Origin: Octopus vulgaris
Taxonomy: Eukaryota
NCBI GenBank assembly: GCA_951406725.2
Contig: OX597823.1
Location: 71,982,001-72,046,000, forward strand
DNA length: 64,000 bases
Reading direction: 5' to 3'
Shown here piece after piece: positions 1-14,030 of the stretch. Made by a program: the position numbers and the translations under genes. How positions within the stretch are numbered: position 1 is the first letter of the stretch; each line of letters opens with the position of its first letter. A model generated the notes under the pieces. That model ran no database searches and was not told the DNA's origin. It saw only the letters and a list, made by a program, of their open reading frames with translations.

Positions 1-230
1 TAGATATTTATCCTTAATGGCGACATCTACGTGTGCAATATAGGAATACATACGAAGCTACCCGCACAAAAAAAAAAACACTTGCACAAACGCATACATA
101 CATATACATACCCACACATATAGATATACACTCAGATAAAACGAGTATGAATATCAGTGTATGTATGTATGTTAGCGTGTTGCACGTATATATATATATA
201 TATATATATATTTATTATTAAAATATTATT

Positions 231-390
231 AATGTGGTTCTAGAGTCAAGTTTTGGCTGCTATTTCAAGCGTGGTGGTATCTCTTAGATACCCTAAATTA
301 TAATTTTGATAATAACTATTACCTTTGAAGGTTTTTATTCCCATGCTGGCCCCTTGATGAGTTCGATATTTGAATAACGATCTTATCCTT
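231..390 (+). mobile_element. Short interspersed repeat (Penelope pLTR/retrozyme-like family)
   Basis: 231-306 is the reverse complement of 54001-54078 (gttttggctgctatttc...ataccctaaattataattt). 342-370 resembles 54300-54330. The 54 kb copy carries a hammerhead motif. Confidence 0.55.
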
Positions 391-460
<70 letters not shown>

Positions 461-895
461 TGTGAACATGTACACATGTGTATACATAAATATTTCAGTA
501 TTTTTACTTTAAATATTTTAATCGTTAGAAATCTTACGAGTGATGGTATTTCGTGGAGTCTCAACGAATTATATGGCTCAGAATATTACATTTGAAACGG
601 TGGAATCTATGTCAGATACCAAATACTAAATAATGGCTCAGCGATATGATTTTGAGATCAAATATGAACAAGTATGTATGTATGTATACAATACACACCA
701 TTTCATGCTGATCCAGTCATCTCAGATTACACAAGTATCAGCTGAGCACTAGTGCGACCCTATCTCCTAGTAGTCACGTACTCGGTATTCTGGCAGAAGA
801 ATGGTGGAAAGGCCGTAAGTGGGCCTAGCTTTTCTCGTGATTATATAGGCACCTAAAACAATAAGTCATTTGGTAGCATCTATCATACTTTGGTG

Positions 896-1150
896 TAGAG
901 GTGCGTGGCTTAGTGGTGAGAGTGTTGAACTCATGATCGTATGGTTGTGGCTTCGATTCCTGGACCGGGTGATGCGTTGTGTTCTTGAGCAAAACACTTC
1001 ATTTCACGTTGCTCCAATCCACTCAGCTGGCAAAAATGAGTAATCTTCCGACGGATCGGCGTCCCGTCCAGGTGGGGAATTTCTACGCTACTGAAACCGG
1101 GAAACCGGCTCTTATGAGCCTGGCATGGCTCGAGAAGGAACATGTATTTA
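896..1150 (+). mobile_element. tRNA-derived SINE (family C)
   Basis: A-box tggcttagtgg, B-box-like gcttcgattcc, core ttgagcaaaacacttcatttcacgttgctcc, and tail gaaaccgggaaaccgg shared with 61134-61443. Confidence 0.85.
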
Positions 1151-1179
1151 TTTATCATACTATGACGTTTATGGCTCGC

Positions 1180-1222
<43 letters not shown>

Positions 1223-1289
1223 GATGATGATGACAATTGAAATATAAAAGCATATTTACAACATTTCTAAAAATAACCCAACAATTGCT

Positions 1290-1700
1290 GCTTCGGCCTG
1301 GGTCAAGATACAGGACTCTTGACATGCCCAACAAAGCGTGATGCCTAAACCAATCAGCTCAACCAACCAATCAGCTTGAGTAATTGAGTGATACTACACA
1401 CTGATTGGTCAGAATACAGTTTGCAAAACCTAGCACTCTGGAGCCTACCCAGCTGTATTTATAGCACAGAATCAATCATCTTGCTACAGTCAAAAATTGT
1501 GAAGCACGACTGTCACCACTACTACATGAACCCGAAGATTGCAGAATTCAATGCATGAAAGTACTAGTTCAATCAGAATGAACATTTAACATTCTACTAT
1601 TTCATTTTATTCTATTCAATTATAATATATTATCTTATAATATATCATTATAAGATTGTAAATAAACGTGAAAATCAGACAAGGTTGGAATTCCTTTTAA
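1290..1700 (+). mobile_element. Penelope-like pLTR remnant with hammerhead-like motif
   Basis: CCAAT boxes, tatttata, a type I hammerhead architecture at 1527-1571, then aataaa. This is the usual layout of PLE terminal repeats. Confidence 0.55.
1527..1571 (+). ncRNA. Minimal type I hammerhead-like ribozyme (CCGAAGA core variant)
   Basis: tgaac-CCGAAGA-t tgca gaattcaa tgca t-GAAA-gtac-TA-gttca. Stem I tgaac/gttca, stem II tgca/tgca, palindromic stem III AGTACT. Confidence 0.55.
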
Positions 1701-3224
1701 TATATATATATGTATATGCGGGCCACAAACGTCACTCGCTAGCAAGTTTATTTGGTATACATGCATACAAACATAATACATACTTGGTATACATATATAC
1801 ATACATGCATACATACATATGACTGTGTGTATGTGTATGATGTGCGTTGCTCTTTTGTATATGTAAAAACCACGTTATTTTACCATGCCTTCAACTGACA
1901 AATTAATACTCATTACGAACACTTAAAACGGATAAATTTTCCACTGAAATAATTTTTCATTCTCTAAATATTTTCAAATTATGTATTTTTAAGATCTCAC
2001 TTTTTTTGTCTTTGCTGTTCCCATCAATATCAACTGTACACTTCATCAACACTAACGGAGAACCTCACACATCAACAACACAAGTATATACCAAACACAC
2101 AGAAACATATAAATATAAGAAAAAACTCTGCTATTATAATTTCCACTGTCAGGAACGGATTGTAAAATGCAACACAGGTCTTAGGTTATATACATTCTTT
2201 GTGAATAGTTAGATTTGTTTCAATCGAATTGTATAAAATATCTCAAGTAAATTAAACGCAGACACACATACACATGCGCGTGTTACGCACACATACACAC
2301 AAGCACTCATACAAACATTCACACACACGTGACTTTTAGAAATACTATATGGATGTAAAAATAGCTTTTATAGTCTGTAGCAGGAAGCTTTATTTGTCGA
2401 TTTGTTCATACTTCTTCAGGTTTGATGAAAGAAATCAATTTTTTTCCGTGTTCATGTGACACTGCTTGGATGTGACATTGAAACATAATTATCGATTCAT
2501 TTTGCGTCGGACCAATTTCTACTGAGATGGATTTGAATTGGAAGGCAACCGAGTGGACCCGAAAAAGAAAACTAGTTCAAGTATTCCATATAGATTATCT
2601 CTGAAGCTATATCGACAATGTAGCATCCATAATTACATAAAAAGTGAATCTGTTTTGAACACATGAAGTATCTGCTTTGTTTTGCGTTAAGCGAATCCGA
2701 GCTAAGTAGAACTGAATAACAACCACAAAGATGTTAAACTTTGTAAAATTTCCAAGAAAGGAAATATCCACCACATTTTAATGTGACGTTTTAGATATGT
2801 GGATCACAAACTGATCTCCTTGAAATACGGGGAAATTCCTGTACCAATATCCAATATGGTATTTTAATATTTCATCAACTCAGCTGTTTTACATCTACAG
2901 TGATGAGGTATCAGATTTTAGATATTTGGTTGACATTATTGCTTTTCTATCGGGATTTCTTTACGTTCGGCGCCGTTATTAAGTACATGTAATATAGTGT
3001 TGTTGATTCAGTCAACATTTGAATCCATTAATCCTCTCATTTATGTATTTATGTATTTATTTATTTAGATATTTTTCGAAATAAAAAGAAATCAATATTT
3101 ATCTGTTTAATAAATGGTCTTGACGGTAACATTTGATAACGGAAACCAACAAATCGGATTTAATTGGAATCAGTCACACAAGATGATCGGATGAACATGT
3201 ACTAACATAGCAACAGAACAGGAT

Positions 3225-3340
3225 GAAGATGACGACGACGACGACGACAACGGCGGCGGTGGCGACGACGACGACGATGACAGTGGTGGTGATGATGATC
3301 ATGATGATGACGATGACACTGACGCTGGGTCTGCTGATAA

Positions 3341-3376
<36 letters not shown>

Positions 3377-3420
3377 AGTTAATTTTGTTGTTGCCATTGT
3401 TATCATCATCATTATTATTA

Positions 3421-3494
<74 letters not shown>

Positions 3495-3535
3495 ATCATC
3501 ATCATCATCATCATTATATTCATCATCATCATCAT
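3225..3535. repeat. Compound trinucleotide microsatellite (GAC/GAT/AAT/ATT/CAT)
   Basis: Directly visible; it produces the poly-N/D/I/L ORFs in the track. Confidence 0.95.
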
Positions 3536-5049
3536 TCCGAACGAATTGTGCAATACTTGAAAATAACCGTAAAAAAAAAATAACAAAATAAACATTATAC
3601 TTCAGAAAAGTAAAACAAGAGAAGATGAAATATAAATTAATTAACAAAAAAAAAAAAAAAAATATATAAATAAAAATAAAAAATACTGGAGTCAGTAGCT
3701 TGAATTAACTTGTTTCATCTGCGAGCAGAAAATGTTCTGGCCACAATTAAGGGTAGCATGTATAAACAATGGAATCATAAGTGATTACAAGTGTAATAGA
3801 GAACATGTAAAAATAAACAAAATCAATTAATGTCCTTCCTGATGGTGAATGTCACCAAGAAACAAATAGAAATCTTTGGCAAATTAAAAGAAAAAAAGCT
3901 AAATCAACAAAAGTATTGTAGCGCGGGAAGAATGAGATGGGGTGGGGGAAACATATCAAGAATGAATTAAACGTTAGAAATTATTTAGCAATATCGAATA
4001 AAGTAAAAGATTAAAAGATTAAAGATAAATAAAGTGAGAATGAGATTATAAATAAAACAAAAGAGATAAAAATAAAAATGGCCGAAAGAAAGAAACTGTA
4101 TTGAAAAACAAAAAAAAACCCCAAAAAAACCAAAAAAATAAAACAAAATCAAATAATTATCCAACGTAAAATTAGAAAATCAAATCACTTGATAGGTGGA
4201 ACTGTTTTCAGAAGTGGTAAAAAGGAAGGGAATTATTGATGGTCACGTAAAGACAGCTTCGGCTTCTAGTCTGACGATGGATGTCATCAGCCCGGAATAG
4301 GTGATCAATCATTGACTGCCGGTCACGTGATTGTTTCATTCGACATGACAAGTGGTTTCTCTTCGATTTCCTTCACTCGAGACTGTGTTATGCGTTGTTC
4401 TCCACCCCTCCACCTCCGCAGCCCATTAATGTTTGCTGTTCCTGTTATTCAAACGTTTTTTTTGTGTGTGTGTGTGGGGGGGGGGGGTAAACAGAATTGT
4501 AATTCTCTCTCACCCCCTCCCTCTATCTCTCTGTCTCTACCTCTCTCTTTCTATACTAATATGTATGTATTGAGTTACGTATGTTGCGCTTATGCTTAGA
4601 TATACCTCTGTGTGTGTATGTGTGTGTGTGTGTATGTGTGTGTCTGTAAGTCCTCTTTAGATACAAAGTATAAATAGAGATCAATCTCCGCTTCGTGATC
4701 ACTGGATTCCTGGATTTTAGCCGATGTATCTATTAGGATACCTGAGTGCTACGATAGGATGAATATAATGCTTTTCCTCTCAGTATTAACCCTCCTATCG
4801 CTAACCTTGTAGCCCAAGAAGCGACAAACGCAGGATTTGCATTCCTTATATGGTTTTCTTGTTCTTTATATACATGGACTTTTAAAACACTTCCGCCAAT
4901 CGAATTATACCCACAAGGTGTTGGTCAACTCATCTGTATAGTGGGTGACCATAAATGGAGTACCGTGAATTGAGATCGAAACCGATCTGAGGTGTGCATA
5001 CAGACCTACATACCTGCATCCATCCATCCATCCATACATAGTTACGTAC

Positions 5050-5098
<49 letters not shown>

Positions 5099-5147
5099 CG
5101 AATTAGAGGGAATGCCAGCCACTTGCCACTTCGTAATAATCGTAGTT

Positions 5148-5214
<67 letters not shown>

Positions 5215-5221
5215 GTATATA

Positions 5222-5335
5222 TATACGACGGGCTTCTGTCAGTTTCCGTCTACGAAATCCACTCACAAGGCATATGTCGGTCCGAGGCTATAGTAGAAGA
5301 CAATTGTCCAAGGAGCCACGCAGTGGGATGAACCC
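5222..5335 (-). mobile_element. CORE-type SINE fragment (family B)
   Basis: cgacgggcttctgtcagtttccgtctac...gccacgcagtggga matches the full copies at 29779, 33578 and 38545. Confidence 0.85.
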
Positions 5336-5513
5336 ATATATATATGAGTTCAGAGAGAGAGAGAGAGAGAGAGATAGTGTATAAAGGGGATAAATTATCC
5401 TGGCGATTAACGTATTATCTCCAAAATTGGTATAGATGCCGGCTATCCACAACGGTCTATTTATATACTACTCAAGCTTAAAAGAGTTACTGGTACTGGT
5501 AAGGTTCATGTAC

Positions 5514-5629
<116 letters not shown>

Positions 5630-5818
5630 TTGTGTGTGCAAGTACGTTTGTGTATTTGAAAGTCTACTTTTAGTGCCATACTGAACTGTTTATAAGTGAA
5701 GAGAAGAAGGTGATACTGGAATTAGACTGTCAACTTTTGATATGAATAATAAATATATCTATTCACTTCACCCAAATTATTGAGTTCTATATCAATGCTA
5801 TTTACATTATATTATATC

Positions 5819-5863
<45 letters not shown>

Positions 5864-7149
5864 TATGTGTGTGTACGTGTGTATGCGTGCAAGTGTTTAT
5901 GTTTGTATATGAAAGTGTATTCCCACTATGAACGGCCATTTCCATAGAGTACTTGAAAAAAATCGAAATAAAAACTGAAAGCGAAGAAAACAAAATGGAC
6001 GCTGTTGGAGAAGTGATGGCGCATTATCTACAGAGGGAAGGGAAAACAATCAGAAGAGAGGAGAAAGGAAAGAGGGAAGGAAGAAAGAATAAGAAAGAAT
6101 ATGTGTTGAGCATGAGAGAGAGATAATATATATATATATATATATTGAAAGAGAGTGAGGGAGAGTGACTGAGTGTATGTGTTGAGGGTGGGTTTATATG
6201 GTGTGTTAAAGAAAGAGATGTTGACAGTAGAGATATGTGGAGTGAACTTGTTATTCTTGATTTGTGTTTAAAGAAAAATTTTCAACACCTGCCGTTTACT
6301 TTCATTTTTAGACTCTTTCAGTTTAGTCATTTTACATTTTCTGCACTATATTTCATAAGTTTTGTTTTTGTTTTCAATATTTTCCATTGGTGGGAGGAAA
6401 GATTCTTTGGTAAAACAACAACAAAAATCTCCACTTTATTTAGATATTCTCAGAATGAGATTTAGATTCTAAATATTTGAGTGGGACTTTTACAGCGAAG
6501 ATCATGAAGCAGATTTTGCAGTTGGAGGTAGTGTAATAGAAACAATTAATGTTTCCAATAAATATGCATTTATGCACACATATATACACTGAGTAACAAC
6601 TTCACCAAGTCGCATACAAACTGATACAGTCGTTGAACATTCTGAGTTACTAAATCCTTCACTTAAGCGATTAAATATCTATTTTCTATGGTTCAACTGT
6701 GTCAAATTACTACAAAAATCGTTACGTTAATAGTTCTAACGTAGTATATTTCCCAGCAGTGTAGTCTAGTGTACTTTCACTTTCTCAGTAAAGTCTATCT
6801 TCTTTTGCCTGCATAAAAGGCTTTCACTTCTTTCCTTTATTTCACCCCAGAACACTTTTTTTCTAGTTGACTATTATTTCTAGAACGGCAGAATGAGAAC
6901 GTGTCATTACCAATACGTGTGAAGAGAAAAAATTGTTGCCGAAACATTCATATTCTTGCGGAAGATAACATTTAGGTAAATATATTCACATTTTCTTTAT
7001 ATGATATACTAGAAAATAATTCCCTTCATTTACATTCGTATGTTGGGTCAAGTCCTCGGTCATTTGTGAAGTACTTTGTAAATAAAAATGGCATTTAGAG
7101 AATTAATATGTACTCTCATGAGTGCCTAATTGGTACGGCATGTACGTAC

Positions 7150-7186
<37 letters not shown>

Positions 7187-7919
7187 ACACACACATGCAG
7201 ACACACACACACAGAGGCACACACACAATCAGTAGAATGGGGGAAATGTTACTCAGTTGAAATAGTCGAAATGCTTACCAAATTTACTTGCAGACAGCAT
7301 ACATGAATTGCCACTTACTTTGCACATTTGCGAGTGACATGCGAGTGATATTTACTAATTTCACTTACCCTTCAATTGTTTGTACAATACACGGTATTTG
7401 ATATTAGTAAAAAAAAAAGGACAATAAAAATATGACAAAAGTTCTTCAACATAGAATTATAGAGGATAAAAAAGAAACTGCGCAAAGTTTAAGCAAGGTC
7501 ATTGTTAAATTGATATCTACAGTTTTCCATTGCACTTACAAACAATTCGAATTACTCAGCAAGAAATATCAGCGCCCGTTCTTTATTACATTTCGCGAAA
7601 ATATGTTTGTATATTTTGTATATCATAACTAGGTTACTGCATCTTGAATTTCCGTGGGTCTTGATATATCTAATAAGCTGAGAGATAGATCTAACGAATC
7701 ATATTAGTATCGCTTACAAAATTGGTTTAGTTTTCTATAATCCTTGTTGTATGAAGTAATATCAATAAGAATGAAGGAAAATTTTATAAAGCATTGTAAG
7801 ATCAGCGATTAGCACCCTAGAAGCTTGCGAGTCGGGTTAGACTGAATATAACATAGAATAAAATGGCAAATTTAGCATATTTGTCTAGTATATATATATA
7901 ACGGGAAGCTTTATGAAAA

Positions 7920-8225
7920 TAAACAAAAGACGAAGGCAGGTGGAGTACAAACAAACAATTGTATTAGTATGGCGCTCAGGAATATATATACATGAGAGTT
8001 CACGAAAAAACAAAAAAACGAAAAACGAAAAAACAAAACAAAAGACGAAGACAGGTGGTGCACAAAACAAACAGATGTATTAGTATAACGCTCAGGAATT
8101 GAAAATGTCTTTTACGTTTCGAGCCTACGCTCTTCTACAGAAAGGGACACAGAGAAAAAAAAAGGAGAAAAACAAAGAGAGAAAAAATGTGTGTAGTGGC
8201 TACCGATCTATCATGGTGACTCATA
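7920..8225 (-). mobile_element. Tandem partial pLTR-like repeats with hammerhead-like motif
   Basis: Two ~63-bp direct repeats (aaacaaaagacgaag.caggtgg...cgctcaggaat, about 7921-7983 and 8036-8099). Minus-strand ctgtagaagagcgtaggctcGAAACGTAaaagac lies at 8107-8148. Confidence 0.55.
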
Positions 8226-8230
8226 TATAT

Positions 8231-8282
<52 letters not shown>

Positions 8283-8283
8283 G

Positions 8284-8352
<69 letters not shown>

Positions 8353-8391
8353 ATGTGTGTGCTTGGAGGAGAGAGAGTTAAATATAGATTG

Positions 8392-8433
<42 letters not shown>

Positions 8434-9614
8434 GAAGAGAGAGAGTGTGTGTGTGTGTATGTGTGTTTGTATGTGAGTGTTTAGCGGTTTGACAAGGCAC
8501 GACACATGAATCGAGAAGGATGTGTCTTTCTTTGACATTACAAATTTCTTAATGCGGCTTCGGTTTGATTAGCATGAAATACTTCCGACGATGTATCTGT
8601 TGAATACACTAATATCTGCTGCTCAATTCATTTTGAAATTAACGTGTAAACTATACAATTCTATTTTGTATAATCTCTAAAATAATGTAGAGAAAAAAAT
8701 TTTCAAGCTTAGTGCCAAAGGTATCTGAATTGACCAAAGTTATGTAATTACAAACCAATAACCATTCTAAAGTCAAATGAAGTTAATTCGGAATTCCTAT
8801 GGACATGTCTTGTTACATTAATTTCTATATAGATTTTCATTCTTTAGTTTTGTTATAATATCACCGCAAAGATCATGTTATAACTAGTTATTTATGCTTT
8901 CAACAACTTCTAATGGCTGCCTAAAATCTTCATTGCGCTATTACGACAAAAACCGGAAGCAATCTTTCTGGTTAATATAGGATAGGATCTGCCTGCAGCA
9001 GCTGGAATGTTCAAATTCTTTCGATGCTGTCAGTAGTGCTCGCAATTGAGCAAATAATTCTTCTTAAAGTCGATATCTCTATTGTGTTGTTGAGGCATAA
9101 AATCATCCACTCGAACGAAGTTTATTATATTTCAGGGCAAAAGACGTTTTCTCTAAGTTTTACGGCACTTACTACACTACAGTGTTGCTAGATACCCATA
9201 CATAGATGGAAGTACTGGATACAACGACTGTTACTGCAACAGTATCAAGGTAACGTATAAAAGAATATAACGAAAAAAGGAAGAACATATTTTTCGGTGA
9301 CTTTAAAATCATGAATGTTCCAGTAAGAAAGTCACCAAAGTGATATTTCCACCTCACTGCTTCTGTTTTCGTGATGAGTTAAAAGTTTGTTTTACGTAAT
9401 TTCCTAAAAGGAATCAATGCCCTGCACGATTGATCTTAGCTGTTGTGAGAAAAGTTTCAAGATATTCACAGAAACACATACATCTACATCAATGTGGGTT
9501 CCTGATAAACTTCTAACACTTCTTTAAGTTATTTTCAATGAAATAAATCCCGAACCTGAACCTCCTCTTATAATCCGTTTCTTTTTGTTATTACTAGCCA
9601 TTGAAGTCGTTGGA

Positions 9615-9820
9615 GTGGAAGGATTGTTAGACGTCGGACAAAATGTCATGGAATATTTCTTCCTTCGCTTTATGTTCTGAGTTCAAATTTCACCGAAGTC
9701 AAGCATTGCCTTTCATACTTTTGAGGTCACCAAAATGAAGTAGAAGTCAAGTATTAAGTTTATTTAACTGACTAACCCCTCCACTCAGAGTTGTTGACCT
9801 TGAAACTAAATTAGAAAGCA
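9615..9820 (+). mobile_element. Old diverged tRNA-SINE (family A)
   Basis: gttctgagttcaaatttcaccgaagtc...gcctttcat matches the family A core. Confidence 0.7.
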
Positions 9821-10710
9821 TTTGTTCATGTGACTGTGAAATGCACTAATTTTTTAGTCATAAATATTGTTATTCCACGCTTATGAGATTTACACTCCTC
9901 TGCAGTCTCAATAAAATAAATAACTGTTTATTCAGGTAACGTCATTACCTATTGATACTAGCTAGTGTTGATCGCTAGAGCTGTCATGATTCTAACTATC
10001 CCGGTATATATTTTATACCACACCACAAAAAAACAAAAAAACAATCCAAACTGCAAAATGTAACGAATCGATCGAGACCGTTAACGCAGAAACGATTCTT
10101 GAAAATTAAGGTAGAGGTGAAACGGGGTAAAGCTACACATACTTCCTTCTTTTACATGCAATAGTACTTTCTAAGAAAAAGTTTACCAAAAAGAACCTAG
10201 AAGTTGTGAACACAAGATATATTTATTAACAGTAAACTAAATAATTTGTCTTTGACTCGGAAATAACTGTGAGAGAGAAGGGCAGGACGAAGTTTGAGCT
10301 ACAAGTGTATACTGAGCAGATATAGGTGCATTCGGGAGTTTCGACTTCCTCATGCAGTTCAGCTTAGTGGAGTTTCACTTCTGTGTTATACAGGAACAGA
10401 AGTCGAAGGATTAATACTTAAGCATCCTTCACTAGAATGAAATCGTTCTTTGGGTTATTACATAGTTCAATTAATACGTATAGCTAACTCCTTAGGTGAT
10501 TTAATGCCACAGTATAGACACAAACATTGGGTATTTGGATAAGTTGTTAAAACCAGAACCGTCGAAATCGAGCAGAAAGACTATGACGCATGAGTGCGTA
10601 CAGACATACATATGCATATGTGCGTGTCTGAATATCTATTTTCAAAGAATAATGTATGTATGTATGTATGTATGTATGTATGTATGTATGTATGTATGTA
10701 TGTATGTATG

Positions 10711-10768
<58 letters not shown>

Positions 10769-10770
10769 CC

Positions 10771-11191
10771 TTATTTCTTTATTGTCCACAAGGGGCTAAA
10801 CATAGAGGGAACAAACAAGGACAGATAAACGGATTAAGTCGATTACATCGACCCCAGTGCGTAGCTGGTACTTAATTTATCGACCCCGAAAGGATGAAAG
10901 GCAAAATCGACCTCGGCGGAATTTGAACTCAGAACATAAAGACAGACGAAATACTTATTTCTTTATTACCCACAAGGGGCTAAACACAGAGGGGACAAAC
11001 AAGGACAGACATAGGTTTTAAGTCGATTACATCGACCCCAGTGCGTAACTGGTACTTAATTTATCGACCTCGAAAGGATGAAAGGCAAAGTCGACCTCGG
11101 CTGAATTTGAACTCACAACGTAACGGCAGCCGAAATACCGCTAAGTATTTCGCCCGGTATGCTAAAGTTTCTGCCAGCTCCGCCGCCGCCT
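10771..11191 (-). mobile_element. tRNA-SINE family A, one full copy (10955-11191) plus a tandem 5'-truncated copy (10771-10954)
   Basis: Two copies of tatttcttta..ccacaaggggctaaac..gtcgattacatcgaccccagtgcg..ggatgaaaggcaaa.tcgacctcggc..aatttgaactca; head ctgccagctc. Confidence 0.92.
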
Positions 11192-11284
<93 letters not shown>

Positions 11285-11468
11285 ACCTTGGTAATTAAAA
11301 ATATTTAAGTGTGTGCGGATTTCCTTCCAAGTTATCTTATTCAATGGACGTGCATAGCCGAAAGCCATGATTTTTAGGTCCATCTGTGTAGAATCGTAGC
11401 AGTATGTTTGTGTGTGTGTGTTGTGTGTATGCGTGTGTGTATGTGTGTGCGTTTGTGTGTGTTTGTGT

Positions 11469-11507
<39 letters not shown>

Positions 11508-11703
11508 TGTATATATCTATACACATGCATACATACGTACGTACATACATATATGTATACAAATCCCAGTCATGATCAACCGATTGCTATATACTGGTCA
11601 CTGCAATTTCCATTGATTCCTTTAATTAAGACGACCGCACAGTTGGATTTAATTACTATTTCAGACAGACTGAACAACAACAGTTTATACATATGTGCAT
11701 GTA

Positions 11704-11781
<78 letters not shown>

Positions 11782-11906
11782 GAGTGATTTGTAGCTTTTG
11801 ACTAACATTTGTAAGTGTCTGTCAATTAAAATATTAAAAATTTGCAGACATGGAGACACGTTAACACACACACACACACACACATACACACACAAACAAA
11901 CACACA

Positions 11907-11964
<58 letters not shown>

Positions 11965-13967
11965 CATACGCACACAAACATGTGGGCGTATTCATATGTA
12001 AGGCTTTAGACTGGTCATGCGTATGCGCGTGTATGTCAGAATATATGTTCATTATTCGTAATACCAACAATCCCGCTTAGAATATAAAATATGATTAGTG
12101 CATAGAAATATGCAGTTGCACACTTACCATTTAAAAGAAAACGTTGCCACAGCTTCTTAAATTAATTTTGATGTAAATTCTAGAATTAACTAGTTAATGA
12201 AAATTGCAACCTCACGTCATATGATGAATCTACTTAAGTTTTATGTATAGTGAGGGCTATCTACCACTGAATGCAAAATATTGGCCCCCATTGTAACGCG
12301 CATACACACATATACACAAGCATATACACTCAAATACATACGCTTATATACATTGTCCTGCATGCAATGCAAGATTTTATGTGTGAACGTGTAAAGATAA
12401 CACCGAGTCAAAAACAACCCAGGTTAATTTTTTTTCTGTTCAGCAAATGTCTGACAAAGGATGAAATGAAGAAATATACTTTTACTTTTTGTAGATAATC
12501 GATGAGGTTATGAATATCCACATAAGCTTCTTTCTCGACAGTGACGTAAACTCCGATACCTAATGATTATTGGTTAGTTTAGAAGTCTAAGTCTTAATTG
12601 TACATCCGAAATATTTCACCTCAAATGTGCGAAATACGAATACAAGTCTGCTCATTGTTGTAAAGTGTAACGACAGCTGAAGATATGTAACCTGTCTTTT
12701 CTGGTCTGTTTTATATTACACCAAGTTTGAATGTGTTTTAATTTGTCGTCTAGGCTCTGTTATATTGTGTGCCTATCCATATAAAAGATAAAACAGATGT
12801 TGTGAGTCGTTGTACTTTGTCATGCGAACATGTTTATTTCCTTAATTTTTATGTTAACTTTATGTTTTATTGAATAAAGAGATACAAACAAAGAGTTCAA
12901 ATTTGGTATGTGAATAATATATGATGCCATGCGAAAATATTTTGGCATCAATACACCCAGGGAAAAAAATATATATCAAATATAATGGTAGAGTGAAACC
13001 AGTAAGGAAATTTAAAGACAGGGAGAAAAAAAAAGAAAGAAAAACAAACAAAAGGAAACCAAGAATGCATGAAGGGAACTGATTAAATGAAATAATTGTC
13101 AAGAAAAATGGCAAGAAGCTGTAAGAAGTATAAATAGAAATGACAAAGAAGGTATGAACAATATTAAAGGATTATAAGACGTAAAGTTTTGGTCCCAATT
13201 AGCACATATGTAGACACACGTCCACACATATGGAGATACACATCCATACATACAAACACAGTACATAGTCGCAAAACCTCATACACACACAGAGGCACAC
13301 TCAGACATACACGCACCAGGAGACAGAGGTACACACACACACACGCATACATGCAATTCTAATTGATTTGTTGTTGATTTCATGGGCCTCAACAATAATT
13401 GTTGATTACCTGGGGTCATGTTTACAACTTGGTTTCATTCCTCACTTGTTATTGATTATATGCATAGGCATAAAGCATCTGAAGCAATATGGGATGTGAA
13501 CACGGGATTGAGTAAGATTCCATTTTTCTCTGTTGACTGGTATAGGATCATAAATTCAGAGAAAACCGAAAGCCTGTAGTCATCTTTAAAAGATGACAGA
13601 AATACATACGTACATACATGCATACCCACAAGACCAACATTGTAGGTGGCCGGTCAAAATTTACTCTAAATTAGAATGGGAAAGAGAAGAGCGTATATAC
13701 GTAATCGCGAACGCATATAATTGACAACTATAGGCACTGAAAAATAAGACTACTTTTTTCCATAGACTGAAACAGCTGTAAAAGTGATTTTAATGATTTA
13801 CATAATTTATATTAAGATTTTTATAATTGCATTCGTATCTTATATGTATTGAATTATAATGTATATGTGTACGTTATTAAGGTTCTCATTTTTGTTAAAT
13901 GAATAAGTCAACATTCTAATATCTGAAAGCTGATGAACCAACTAAATTGTTTCTCAATTTTCTTATT

Positions 13968-14030
<63 letters not shown>

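Noticed and set aside
896-970. tRNA genes (also 27690-27758 and 61134-61205)
   Set aside because: A and B boxes are present but continue into SINE bodies; no complete cloverleaf was found.
3174-3647. 157-aa poly-Asn/Asp ORF
   Set aside because: Made entirely by trinucleotide repeats; overlapping frames are open for the same reason.
9183-9249. Plus-strand exon candidate VARYPYIDGSTGYNDCYCNSIK
   Set aside because: Isolated, weak acceptor, and a competing minus-strand reading of the same bases; consistent with chance.
12754-12801. Plus-strand 48-nt exon candidate
   Set aside because: No supporting neighbours or compositional signal. It shows that chance AG/GT matches occur at this length.
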